From: Eubacteriales bacterium
GTDB taxonomy: Bacteria; Bacillota; Clostridia; Oscillospirales; CAG-272
Direction of reading: 5' to 3'
Assembly: GCA_045588675.1 (NCBI GenBank)
Contig: JAZNER010000016.1
Span: 27,488 to 91,487 of the forward strand
DNA: 64,000 bases
A program made the translations under genes and the position numbers. Positions 11,063-20,012 of this stretch are shown one piece after another. The stretch's first letter is position 1. The number at the start of each line of letters is the position of its first letter. The notes beneath the pieces were generated by a model. The model was not told the DNA's origin. It searched no databases and was given only the letters and a program-made list of their open reading frames with translations.

Positions 11063-12550
11063 TTATTTTGCGTGATAAAGCTTTTTAACCTGATAATAGG
11101 GGTTACAGGTTACATTAAGACCAAGCTTTTTAAAGGTTCTGGTATCGGTCATGGCAAGAATTACCGAGGAATGCACCTCGCAGCCCTTTAACTCGTCAAG
11201 CTTTGAAAGAGCTAATGCGGCTGTCTTTGAGGTCACCGCGCTGATCGCAAGCGCAATAAGAACTTCGTCTATATGAAGTCTTGGGTTTCTGTTGCCCAGG
11301 TGGTCAACCTTCAAATGCTGCACAGGCTCGATAATAGAGCGAGAGATCAAGTCAACGCTGTCGTCTATATTCGCAAGATGCTTAAGCGCGTTCAGAATAA
11401 GCGCAGAGCTTGCACCGAGAAGCGAGGAAGTCTTTCCTGTAATAATAGTTCCGTCCTCAAGCTGCACAGCCGCCGCCGGAACTCCCGTCGCATCTGCCTT
11501 TGCGGTTGCCGCCGCAACAACAGGTCTGTCAGCAATCGTAAGATTTGCTTGCTTCATAAGCAAATCAAGCTTTCTTACAACATCTGCTGTATTCATATTT
11601 TCCTTTTGCTCGCAAAGAGCCGTATAATATCTTCGAATGATCTCCTGATTTGACGCCTCGATTACCACCTTGTCATCAACTATACAGTTGCCAGCCATAT
11701 TCACTCCCATATCTGTCGGTGATTTATATGGAGATGAGCCGTATATTTTTTTGAACATTGCGTCAACTACGGGAAAAACCTCAACATCTCTGTTATAGTT
11801 TACGGCAGTTTCACCGTAAGCTTCAAGATGGAAGGGGTCAATCATATTGACGTCATTTAGGTCGGCAGTTGCCGCCTCGTACGCCATATTTACGGGGTGC
11901 TTCAAAGGAAGGTTCCATATCGGGAAGGTTTCAAACTTAGCATATCCCGATTTTACTCCGCGTTGATTTTCGTGATAGAGCTGCGACAGGCAGGTTGCCA
12001 TCTTTCCGCTTCCGGGACCGGGCGCGGTTACGATAATCAGCTGTCTTGTCGTTTCAATATATTCATTTTTGCCGTATCCGTCGTCACTGACTATTCCTTC
12101 AATATTATATGGATAGCCGGGAATTGTATAGTGGCGGTAAACCTTAACTCCAAGCGCTTCCAGCTTCTGTGCAAAGGTTTCAGCTGACGACTGTGACTCA
12201 TATCTTGTAAGCACCACACTGCCAACATAAAGACCTACGCTTCGGAAAGCATCAATAAGCCTTAAAACATCAAGGTCGTATGTTATACCAAGGTCGCCTC
12301 TGACCTTGTTCTTTTCAATATCCCCTGAATTGATTGCTATGACGATCTCAGCTTCATCCTTGAGCTGAAGAAGCATTTGAAGCTTACTGTCGGGCGCAAA
12401 GCCGGGCAAAACACGAGAGGCGTGGTAGTCGTCAAAAAGCTTTCCGCCAAATTCAAGATAAAGCTTTCCGCCAAACTGTGCTATCCTCTCTCTGATATGC
12501 TTTGATTGAAGAAACAGATATTTGTCATTATCAAACCCGATTTTACACAT
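11063..12550 (-). CDS. DUF1846 / UPF0371-like conserved protein
   Basis: LYLEFGGKLFDDYHASRVLPGF, P-loop-like APGPGSGK and KFETFPIWNLPLKHPVN, recognised family motifs. Confidence 0.85.
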   Translation of the reverse strand: MCKIGFDNDKYLFLQSKHIRERIAQFGGKLYLEFGGKLFDDYHASRVLPGFAPDSKLQMLLQLKDEAEIVIAINSGDIEKNKVRGDLGITYDLDVLRLIDAFRSVGLYVGSVVLTRYESQSSAETFAQKLEALGVKVYRHYTIPGYPYNIEGIVSDDGYGKNEYIETTRQLIIVTAPGPGSGKMATCLSQLYHENQRGVKSGYAKFETFPIWNLPLKHPVNMAYEAATADLNDVNMIDPFHLEAYGETAVNYNRDVEVFPVVDAMFKKIYGSSPYKSPTDMGVNMAGNCIVDDKVVIEASNQEIIRRYYTALCEQKENMNTADVVRKLDLLMKQANLTIADRPVVAAATAKADATGVPAAAVQLEDGTIITGKTSSLLGASSALILNALKHLANIDDSVDLISRSIIEPVQHLKVDHLGNRNPRLHIDEVLIALAISAVTSKTAALALSKLDELKGCEVHSSVILAMTDTRTFKKLGLNVTCNPYYQVKKLYHAK

Positions 12551-12615
12551 TACATAACGCCTTTCGATTTTTTATAATTATGATACCGTTTACGGTCGTC
12601 TTGCTGCCGAACAAA

Positions 12616-13692
12616 TTAAATGCCTATCTGGAAGGACATCTCGTAGAGCTGTTCTATCTTCGCCTGTCTGAATGCGCATTCCGACTTCATCTGGGCAATA
12701 GTGTCTGGGCTGAAATTATCAAGATCTCCGTCCTTAAGCTTATTTTTATACATACGGTCAAGCATAAGAGCATAGTTTATATCAACATTTGATATTTTGC
12801 CGTCCTTAACACACATAACAACATTGCTCTTACCCTCAAGCAAGCAGCTGACAGCTCCCGCTCCCATTTGAGTTGCGGTAAGTCTGTCGCGAAGTGTGGG
12901 CGAGCCGCCGCGAACTACGTGACCAAGACGGGCAAATTTCGTTTCAATTCCTGTTTCAGCCTGAAGCTTTTCCACAAAATACTCGCTGTATGTGTGGTCG
13001 TGATTGAGTGACATTCCTTCTGCGAAAACGCCAATCATTCCTCTCTTGCCAACATCTCTCGCACGCTTGAATTTTTCAATCGCATACTGCTCGTCAAAAG
13101 CAACCTCCGGAATAGCTATAACCACCGCTCCCGACGAAATGCCCGCATATAGAGCAATCATACCACAATCGCGGCCCATAACCTCAATAATGTTGCATCT
13201 TGCATGCGACTCACAGGTCTCACGCAATGAGCCAACGAGAGAAAGCACAGTATTCATAGCTGTATCAAAGCCTATCGTATATTCTGTAGCTGTTATGTCG
13301 TTATCAATAGTACAAGGAATTCCGATTGAAGGAATCCCATGATTTGTCAAATCAGTCGCTCCGCGGAACGTACCGTCACCGCCGAGGGCTATAACTGCAT
13401 CTATCTGATTTTCCTCACAGGTCTTTATAGCCTTTGCCATTCCTTCCTCTGTTTTAAATTCGGGACAGCGAGAGGAATAGAGCACAGTTCCTCCGTGCGT
13501 TATTATATTAGAAACGGAATGGGTATCAAGGGGCTTAACATTGCCGTTGATAAGGCCGTTATATCCCTCATAAATTCCAACTACCTCAATACCCTCGGAC
13601 AGAGCCTTTCTTATTGCCGCTCTTATCGCCGCGTTCATACCGGGCGCATCGCCTCCCGAGGTGAGTATTCCGATTTTTCTGAACTTTGCCAT
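12616..13692 (-). CDS. pfkA: ATP-dependent 6-phosphofructokinase
   Basis: LTSGGDAPGMNAAIR, GGDGT, TIDND, EVMGR and LGH..RGG motifs. Confidence 0.93.
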   Translation of the reverse strand: MAKFRKIGILTSGGDAPGMNAAIRAAIRKALSEGIEVVGIYEGYNGLINGNVKPLDTHSVSNIITHGGTVLYSSRCPEFKTEEGMAKAIKTCEENQIDAVIALGGDGTFRGATDLTNHGIPSIGIPCTIDNDITATEYTIGFDTAMNTVLSLVGSLRETCESHARCNIIEVMGRDCGMIALYAGISSGAVVIAIPEVAFDEQYAIEKFKRARDVGKRGMIGVFAEGMSLNHDHTYSEYFVEKLQAETGIETKFARLGHVVRGGSPTLRDRLTATQMGAGAVSCLLEGKSNVVMCVKDGKISNVDINYALMLDRMYKNKLKDGDLDNFSPDTIAQMKSECAFRQAKIEQLYEMSFQIGI

Positions 13693-13886
13693 GTTTTCCT
13701 CCGTATGCCATCAGGCACTAAACAAAAATTATATGCTACTTGTGTAAAATATTACATTTTAAAACACATATATATATTTTAATATATTTTTAGACTAAAA
13801 TCAATAGTTTATTAAAAATTTATCAATCACACATTCAACAAATTTTGACAACTACTGTTGATTAAAAAATGACAATTGCACAAAAT

Positions 13887-14438
13887 TCAACCGTTTTTAA
13901 CAATTTCCGAAAGCTTATGAGCAAGAAATTCAGCCGTTGCCCTCCTTATATAGTCGCGTCCGCGATTACATATGGAAAGCCTGAATGAATAACAAAAATC
14001 ACAAGATGCAACAGATACGAACACCGTACCGACAGGTGCATCCTCTCTCCCACCGTCAGGCCCTGCAAAGCCGGTTGCTGAAATTGCAAAATCTGTCTTG
14101 AAGGTCTCTCTTGCTCTTTGAGCCATTTCTGCCGCGACCTCAAAGCTTACCTCGCTCACTCTGTCAATTGTTTCGCGTCTTACTCCAAGATTATTTATTT
14201 TAACCTCGTTTGTATATGTAATCATACCGCCGCAAAAAACACTTGACGCTCCGCTGACATCAGTTATCAGCTTACCGATAAGCCCTCCAGTGCAGGATTC
14301 TGCAACTGATAACGTCTTGTTTTGGGCGGCAAGAAGCTTGACTAAACGAACAAAGCTGTCGCTTTGAAAGCAATTATTCTGCGCAGCTGTGATTTTCAGA
14401 ATTTCGTCACCCGAAACATTAGCGTTCAACAACTCCAT
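13887..14438 (-). CDS. CinA C-terminal domain / nicotinamide-nucleotide amidohydrolase (PncC-like)
   Basis: VAESCTGG, GASSVF and TGFAGPDGG..PVGTV motifs. Confidence 0.9.
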   Translation of the reverse strand: MELLNANVSGDEILKITAAQNNCFQSDSFVRLVKLLAAQNKTLSVAESCTGGLIGKLITDVSGASSVFCGGMITYTNEVKINNLGVRRETIDRVSEVSFEVAAEMAQRARETFKTDFAISATGFAGPDGGREDAPVGTVFVSVASCDFCYSFRLSICNRGRDYIRRATAEFLAHKLSEIVKNG

Positions 14439-14589
14439 AATGACTTACCTCTTACAATATAATCAACATATTAATTATACCACCCGGTACGCTCAAAGTA
14501 AAGAGCAAAAACGAAAAATTTAAAATTTATTATTGAAAAAGGTTGTAATTTGCTGTATAATTTTTATATGACATTAACGGAGGTTTTTT

Positions 14590-15465
14590 ATGAGCAAATG
14601 TAATCTTTGCCCAAGGGGCTGTCTTGCAGAGCGCGAGCTTGGCGAGCGCGGTCTTTGCGGGGTTGGAAGCCGGTTTAAAATATCTAAAATAATGCTGCAT
14701 CTTTGGGAAGAGCCCTGCATCTCAGGCCAAGGCGGTGCGGGCACTGTGTTTTTTGCAGGCTGTAATCTCCATTGTGTATATTGTCAGAACAAGGCTATCA
14801 GCAACGGCGGCTCGGGTCGTGAAATGAATGAAAATGAGCTTGAAAAAGAGATTTTTTCTCTTGCCCAGCGCGGCGCGGAATGCATTGAATTTGTTACTCC
14901 CACACACTATACTCTGTCACTTGCAAGGCTTCTTGAGAAAATCAAGCCGAAGCTCTCAATTCCTGTTGTCTGGAACAGCAGTGGCTACGAGAGCGTATCC
15001 TCTCTTTCTCTGCTTGACGGTCTTGTTGACATTTATCTCCCTGACTTTAAATATTGTTCGGGCGAGCTCGCCAAAAAATATTCCAACGCCGAAAATTACC
15101 CTGATATTGCCATTTCAGCGCTTCAGGAAATGAAAAGACAGGTTGGTCCGCCTCAATTTGACGCGGTGGGGATGGTGAAAAGCGGACTTATAGTGCGCCA
15201 TTTAGTGCTTCCATCTCACAGAAAAGATTCAATTGAGGCCTTAAAGCTTCTTGCCGAGCAGATAGGAGCGGAAAATATGAAGCTAAGCCTTATGAGCCAA
15301 TACACGCCCGATTTTTACACCGACGGAAAATTCAAAAACCTTGAGCGGCGAGTTACATCATTTGAATACAACAGTGTTATGTCGGCAGCTATTGACTTGG
15401 GATTTGACGGATATTTCCAGCAAATGTCCTCGGCAGACAAGAAATTTACGCCGAATTTTGAATAG
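14590..15465 (+). CDS. Radical SAM protein, PflX-like
   Basis: N-terminal CNLCPRGC, WEEPCISG, CNLHCVYCQN (CxxxCxxC), DIYLPDFKY and VRHLVLP. Confidence 0.88.
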   Translation: MSKCNLCPRGCLAERELGERGLCGVGSRFKISKIMLHLWEEPCISGQGGAGTVFFAGCNLHCVYCQNKAISNGGSGREMNENELEKEIFSLAQRGAECIEFVTPTHYTLSLARLLEKIKPKLSIPVVWNSSGYESVSSLSLLDGLVDIYLPDFKYCSGELAKKYSNAENYPDIAISALQEMKRQVGPPQFDAVGMVKSGLIVRHLVLPSHRKDSIEALKLLAEQIGAENMKLSLMSQYTPDFYTDGKFKNLERRVTSFEYNSVMSAAIDLGFDGYFQQMSSADKKFTPNFE

Positions 15466-15492
15466 CATTTAAAACAGCCGTTAAAATATACA

Positions 15493-15522
15493 AAAGCAAG
15501 GGTACATTCACCCTTGTTTTTT
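15493..15522 (+). terminator. Intrinsic terminator after the radical SAM gene
   Basis: GCAAGGGT-ACATTC-ACCCTTGT followed by a T-run. Confidence 0.7.
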
Positions 15523-15546
15523 TACACGAATTTATTAAAAAGGTAC

Positions 15547-15613
15547 TTGCAAAACGGTGCTGACAGTGATATAATATAAAACAGTTAACCGATTAACTGT
15601 TAATTGGTTAATT
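15547..15613 (+). promoter_or_regulatory. Sigma-A promoter plus palindromic operator for the MarR-ABC operon
   Basis: TTGCAA(15547)-17 nt-TATAAT(15570) with extended TG; directly downstream are overlapping palindromes CAGTTAA-CCGA-TTAACTG and TTAACCGATTAAC-T-GTTAATTGGTTAA. Confidence 0.8.
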
Positions 15614-15658
15614 ATTTTATGCGTGATGCGCACATTTTTCAAATCAAGGAGGACTTAA

Positions 15659-16150
15659 ATGGAAAGCAATAAATGCGACAAGTGCGAAATTATACACAAG
15701 CTTATTCAGACAAACAGACTTCACAGAACTATAATAGAGCGCTTCGCGACAAGCCTTGGCTTACACTCCTCAGGTCACAGAATGCTTATGCATCTTATTC
15801 ATTTTGATAAAATCCCCTCTCAGAAGGAGCTTGCCGAGCATTTCAAAATCAGCCCCGCGGCAGTTGCAACAACTCTGAAAAAGCTTGAAGCCGACGGATA
15901 TATAGAGCGGAGCAAATGCAGAGATATTCGCTTCAACGAAATCAGTATAACCGAGCGCGGACGCGCCGCCGCTATTGAAAGCGAAAAATATTTCAGACTT
16001 GTAGATATAACCGCTCTTGAAGATTTTTCACAGGAAGAGCTTGATTTGTTTGTAAGACTTCTTGAAAAAATGCAGACAAATCTCAAAAAAGCAGAATTGA
16101 ATTTTGATTCAGATAACGAAAAACCCTACGGAAAGGATAAAAAACAATGA
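15659..16150 (+). CDS. MarR-family transcriptional regulator
   Basis: SQKELAEHFKISPAAVATTLKKLEADGYIER..D.R...ISITERG winged-helix pattern. Confidence 0.93.
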   Translation: MESNKCDKCEIIHKLIQTNRLHRTIIERFATSLGLHSSGHRMLMHLIHFDKIPSQKELAEHFKISPAAVATTLKKLEADGYIERSKCRDIRFNEISITERGRAAAIESEKYFRLVDITALEDFSQEELDLFVRLLEKMQTNLKKAELNFDSDNEKPYGKDKKQ

Positions 16151-17901
16151 AAAAATGGTTGAAATATGTAAAGCCCTACTCGCTTTACTTTATTTTAGGA
16201 CCGCTTTGTATGATTGTTGAGGTAATAGGCGAGGTGCTTATGCCGACATACTTAGCAAAGGTAATCAACGCCGCAACAGCAAACGACCTGACTACACTCA
16301 AAAGCTTTGAGGCGATGGGTATGATGATAATCACCGCTCTTATGATGATGGCGGGCGGTATCGGCGGAGCGTATTTCGGGGGCAAGGCCTCTGTAAACTT
16401 CGCGGCAGATGTGAGAAACGACTTATTCCGCAAGGTGCAAGGCTTCAGCTTCTCAAACATAGACAAATTCTCAACGGGCTCGCTTGTAACAAGGCTTACA
16501 AACGATGTTCAGCAAATGCAGAACTTTGTCAATATGCTTCTCCGTATGTTCCTGCGCTCACCGGGTATGCTTATCGGTGCACTTATTATGGCGGTTAGAA
16601 TGAGTCCTTCTCTTTCTCTTGTCTTCGCTGTAACTATCCCCTTGATGATACTTGCAATTTCATTTATTATCGCGCGCGGACTTCCCCTGTTTGCAAAAAT
16701 GCAGACCAAGATTGACTCTCTCAACTCGACCGTACAGGAAAACATAACAAATGTGCGCGTTGTAAAATCCTTTGTCCGCGAAGACTTTGAAACAGAAAAG
16801 TTCTCTCGTGCAAACACAAACCTGAAAAATTCGGGAATGGCTGCTATGAAGAATATGATTTTTATGCAGCCCGTTCAGACCTTCTTTATGTATCTTACGA
16901 CTATTCTCGTAATTTGGTTCGGCAGTCAGCTCGTAATATCAAACATGGGTGAGATTGACGGCTTCAAGGTCGGCGACCTCTCGTCATTCATAACCTATGT
17001 ATCGCAAATTCTCTTCTCTCTTATGATGGTTACAATGATGCTTATGATTTCCTCGCGCGCTATGGCTTCGGCTAAACGAATTAAAGAGGTGCTTGGCGAG
17101 AAAATTGAGATTACAGACCTTGAAAATGTCAATCACGATATAAAAATCGAAAACGGCGAGATTGAATTTAAAAATGTCACCTATCGCTACTATAAAAACA
17201 GCGAAGAGCCTGTGCTTGACAAAATAAACCTGAAAATTCCCGCAAGCTCAACCGTCGGCATTATCGGCTCGACAGGCTGTGGAAAAACTACTCTCGTTTC
17301 GCTTATTCCCCGTCTTTATGACACAGATGATGGTGAGGTTTTGATTGACGGAGTTAATGTGCGCGACTACTCTCTCTACAATCTTCGCGAGGGTGTCGGT
17401 ATGGTTTTGCAAAAGAATGTTCTTTTCTCGGGAACGATTGAGGAAAATCTTCGTTGGGGCAACGAGCTTGCAAGTGACGAGGAGATTTTCGCGGCTGCCG
17501 ACCACGCTCAGGCTGACAAATTCGTCAAGAACTTTACCGCAGGCTATCAGACTGAGCTCGGTCAGGGCGGCGTCAATGTTTCGGGCGGACAAAAGCAGAG
17601 GCTTTGTATCGCTCGCGCGCTGTTGAAAAAGCCAAAAATCATTATTCTCGATGACTCAACAAGCGCAGTTGACACGGCAACCGAGGCTCAAATCAGAAAC
17701 ACCTTTAAGACTGAGCTTGCAAGCTCCACAAAAATCATTATTGCACAAAGGATTTCTTCTGTTCGCGATGCCGATATGATAGTTGTTATGGACGACGGAA
17801 AAATAACGGGAATAGGTACTCACGACGCTCTCATGGAAAGCAACACGGAGTATCAGGAAATATACAACTCACAAAACGATAAGAAGGAGGAGAAAAAATA
17901 A
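16147..17901 (+). CDS. ABC exporter, fused permease/ATPase (heterodimer subunit with degenerate site)
   Basis: TM domain, GSTGCGKT, SGGQKQR, degenerate Walker B ILDD. Confidence 0.93.
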   Translation: MKKWLKYVKPYSLYFILGPLCMIVEVIGEVLMPTYLAKVINAATANDLTTLKSFEAMGMMIITALMMMAGGIGGAYFGGKASVNFAADVRNDLFRKVQGFSFSNIDKFSTGSLVTRLTNDVQQMQNFVNMLLRMFLRSPGMLIGALIMAVRMSPSLSLVFAVTIPLMILAISFIIARGLPLFAKMQTKIDSLNSTVQENITNVRVVKSFVREDFETEKFSRANTNLKNSGMAAMKNMIFMQPVQTFFMYLTTILVIWFGSQLVISNMGEIDGFKVGDLSSFITYVSQILFSLMMVTMMLMISSRAMASAKRIKEVLGEKIEITDLENVNHDIKIENGEIEFKNVTYRYYKNSEEPVLDKINLKIPASSTVGIIGSTGCGKTTLVSLIPRLYDTDDGEVLIDGVNVRDYSLYNLREGVGMVLQKNVLFSGTIEENLRWGNELASDEEIFAAADHAQADKFVKNFTAGYQTELGQGGVNVSGGQKQRLCIARALLKKPKIIILDDSTSAVDTATEAQIRNTFKTELASSTKIIIAQRISSVRDADMIVVMDDGKITGIGTHDALMESNTEYQEIYNSQNDKKEEKK

Positions 17902-19937
17902 TGGCAAGAACTCTTAGCGAGCTTCAAAAGCAGTACAGCTCCTCTTCAAAAAACCCCGCAAAAATGGTCGGTCCCGGCCCAGCTGGCAGAGGACGCGGTC
18001 CCGGAGGAATGGGCGGAAAGCCGAAAAACACAAAGAAAACTATCGGCCGTCTTCTCGGTTATGTAGGCAAATACAAGTTTTTGCTGATAGTTGTATTCCT
18101 CTTTATGATTATCAATACTACCACCTCGCTATTGGGCGGTTATATGACAAGACCGATTATAAATAAGCTTTACGATTATACTATCGACTACAACGCAGAG
18201 CACGGAATTGAAGCTGATGTTCCCTCGCAGGATGGCGGGGCTGATGACAGGATGTCAGGCTTTATTTACGAGATTGCAGACAAAGCGATAGAGGGCTTCA
18301 AAAATACAGCTTCTCCGTTTATAAGCAAACTGATAGGAAGTCAAAACCAAAAGGTTTCAGATGTTCTGTCCTATATAGGCGCGGCGCTGATTATCCTTGC
18401 CAGTGTTTATCTTGTGACCATTCTCACAAACTACCTTCAGGCAAGAATTATGATAATGATTTCGCAAAGCTCTATTGAAAAACTGAGAAACGACCTGTTC
18501 TATAAAATGCAGAAGCTCCCCGTACGCTACTTTGACACCCACCCTACAGGTGAGGTCATGTCAAGATTTACAAACGATATTGACAACATTGATATTATGC
18601 TCAACAACTCGCTGACATCAATCGTTTCGGGTGTAATATCACTTATCGGAACATTCGTGTTTATGCTGACTACCCAATGGCAGCTGACATTGGTAACAGT
18701 ATTCTTTATCCCGATATTCATACTGGGCGGCGGAAAAATCGCGAAAAACTCACGAAAATACTATTCGGGACAGCAGGCGGCTCTTGGCGCGGCTAACGGA
18801 TATATTGAGGAAACAGTTACAGGACAAAAGGTTATTAAGGTCTTCAACCACGAGAGCACCTGCATTGAGGAGTTTGAAACGCTCAATGAGGATTTGAGAG
18901 ATAAGCAGTTCAAATCTCAATTTTTCGGCGGAATTATGGGTCCTGTTATGGGTAACACAAGCCAAATCAGCTACGCTGTGACTATCGGTGTCGGCGGAAT
19001 TTTAATGTGCCATAATATGCTTGATGCGGGCGGTCTTACACTTTTTGCAGGCTATTCAAAGCAATTCAGTATGCCGATAAACAATATTTCAATGCAGGCC
19101 GCGACTATCTTTTCGGCACTCGCGGGCGCAGAAAGAGTATTTGCGGTAATGGACGAAATGCCAGAGCTTCCCGACGCTGAAAATTCACAGGATATGCCAA
19201 AAATGCAAGGAGAAGTCGTTTTTGACAATGTAACCTTTGGCTACAATCCCGATAAGGTAATTCTCAAAAATCTCTCTCTTTATGCTCACCCCGGTCAGAA
19301 AATTGCCTTTGTCGGCTCTACGGGCGCGGGAAAGACCACCGTTACAAATCTTTTAAGCCGTTTTTATGATATATCCGAGGGTACGATTACTATTGACGGT
19401 GTAAATATCAAGGACATCAAACGAGATGTGCTTCGTTCAAATATAGCAATGGTTTTGCAGGACACTCATCTCTTTACGGGAACTGTTATGGAAAATATCC
19501 GTTACGGCAGACCCGATGCTACTGACGACGAGGTTATAGCGGCGGCGAAAACAGCAAGTGCGCACAGCTTTATTATGAGGCTTTCGGACGGCTATTCAAC
19601 TATGCTTGAAGGCGACGGAGCAAACCTGTCACAAGGACAGCGTCAGCTGCTCAATATTGCCCGTGCTGCTCTCTCAAAGGCTCCGATCCTTGTGCTCGAC
19701 GAGGCAACGAGCTCGGTTGACACGAGAACCGAGCGACACATTGAGCATGGTATGGACAGACTTATGAAAAGCCGTACGACCTTCGTAATCGCGCACCGTC
19801 TTTCAACAGTTCGCAACTCAAATGCCATTATGGTACTTGAAGCGGGAGAAATAATAGAGCGCGGAACTCACGAGCAGCTGCTCGAAATGCAAGGCAGGTA
19901 CTACGAGCTTTACACAGGCAAGCGCGAGCTCGACTAA
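17901..19937 (+). CDS. ABC exporter, fused permease/ATPase (consensus subunit)
   Basis: GSTGAGKT, LSQGQRQ, LDEATS and IAHRLST; 1-nt overlap with the partner gene. Confidence 0.93.
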   Translation: MARTLSELQKQYSSSSKNPAKMVGPGPAGRGRGPGGMGGKPKNTKKTIGRLLGYVGKYKFLLIVVFLFMIINTTTSLLGGYMTRPIINKLYDYTIDYNAEHGIEADVPSQDGGADDRMSGFIYEIADKAIEGFKNTASPFISKLIGSQNQKVSDVLSYIGAALIILASVYLVTILTNYLQARIMIMISQSSIEKLRNDLFYKMQKLPVRYFDTHPTGEVMSRFTNDIDNIDIMLNNSLTSIVSGVISLIGTFVFMLTTQWQLTLVTVFFIPIFILGGGKIAKNSRKYYSGQQAALGAANGYIEETVTGQKVIKVFNHESTCIEEFETLNEDLRDKQFKSQFFGGIMGPVMGNTSQISYAVTIGVGGILMCHNMLDAGGLTLFAGYSKQFSMPINNISMQAATIFSALAGAERVFAVMDEMPELPDAENSQDMPKMQGEVVFDNVTFGYNPDKVILKNLSLYAHPGQKIAFVGSTGAGKTTVTNLLSRFYDISEGTITIDGVNIKDIKRDVLRSNIAMVLQDTHLFTGTVMENIRYGRPDATDDEVIAAAKTASAHSFIMRLSDGYSTMLEGDGANLSQGQRQLLNIARAALSKAPILVLDEATSSVDTRTERHIEHGMDRLMKSRTTFVIAHRLSTVRNSNAIMVLEAGEIIERGTHEQLLEMQGRYYELYTGKRELD

Positions 19938-19964
19938 AACAAATTAACTAAAACAAAACAAGAT

Positions 19965-20003
19965 AAAACAGAGGGCGGATGCTTTGCATCCGCCCTCTGT
20001 TTT
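19965..20003. terminator. Bidirectional intrinsic terminator between the ABC operon and the vWA gene
   Basis: AAAACAGAGGGCGGATGC-TTT-GCATCCGCCCTCTGTTTT perfect inverted repeat. Confidence 0.9.
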
Positions 20004-20012
20004 GTCTGCTTT

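Noticed and set aside
13743-13756. TGTAA-AATA-TTACA palindrome upstream of pfkA as a cre or Rex site
   Set aside because: Lacks the central CG of cre, fits Rex poorly, and lies in very AT-rich DNA.
14590-15465. Radical SAM gene as a second activase for the BMC GRE
   Set aside because: PflX-like family, standalone and 20 kb away; the GRE has its own adjacent activase.
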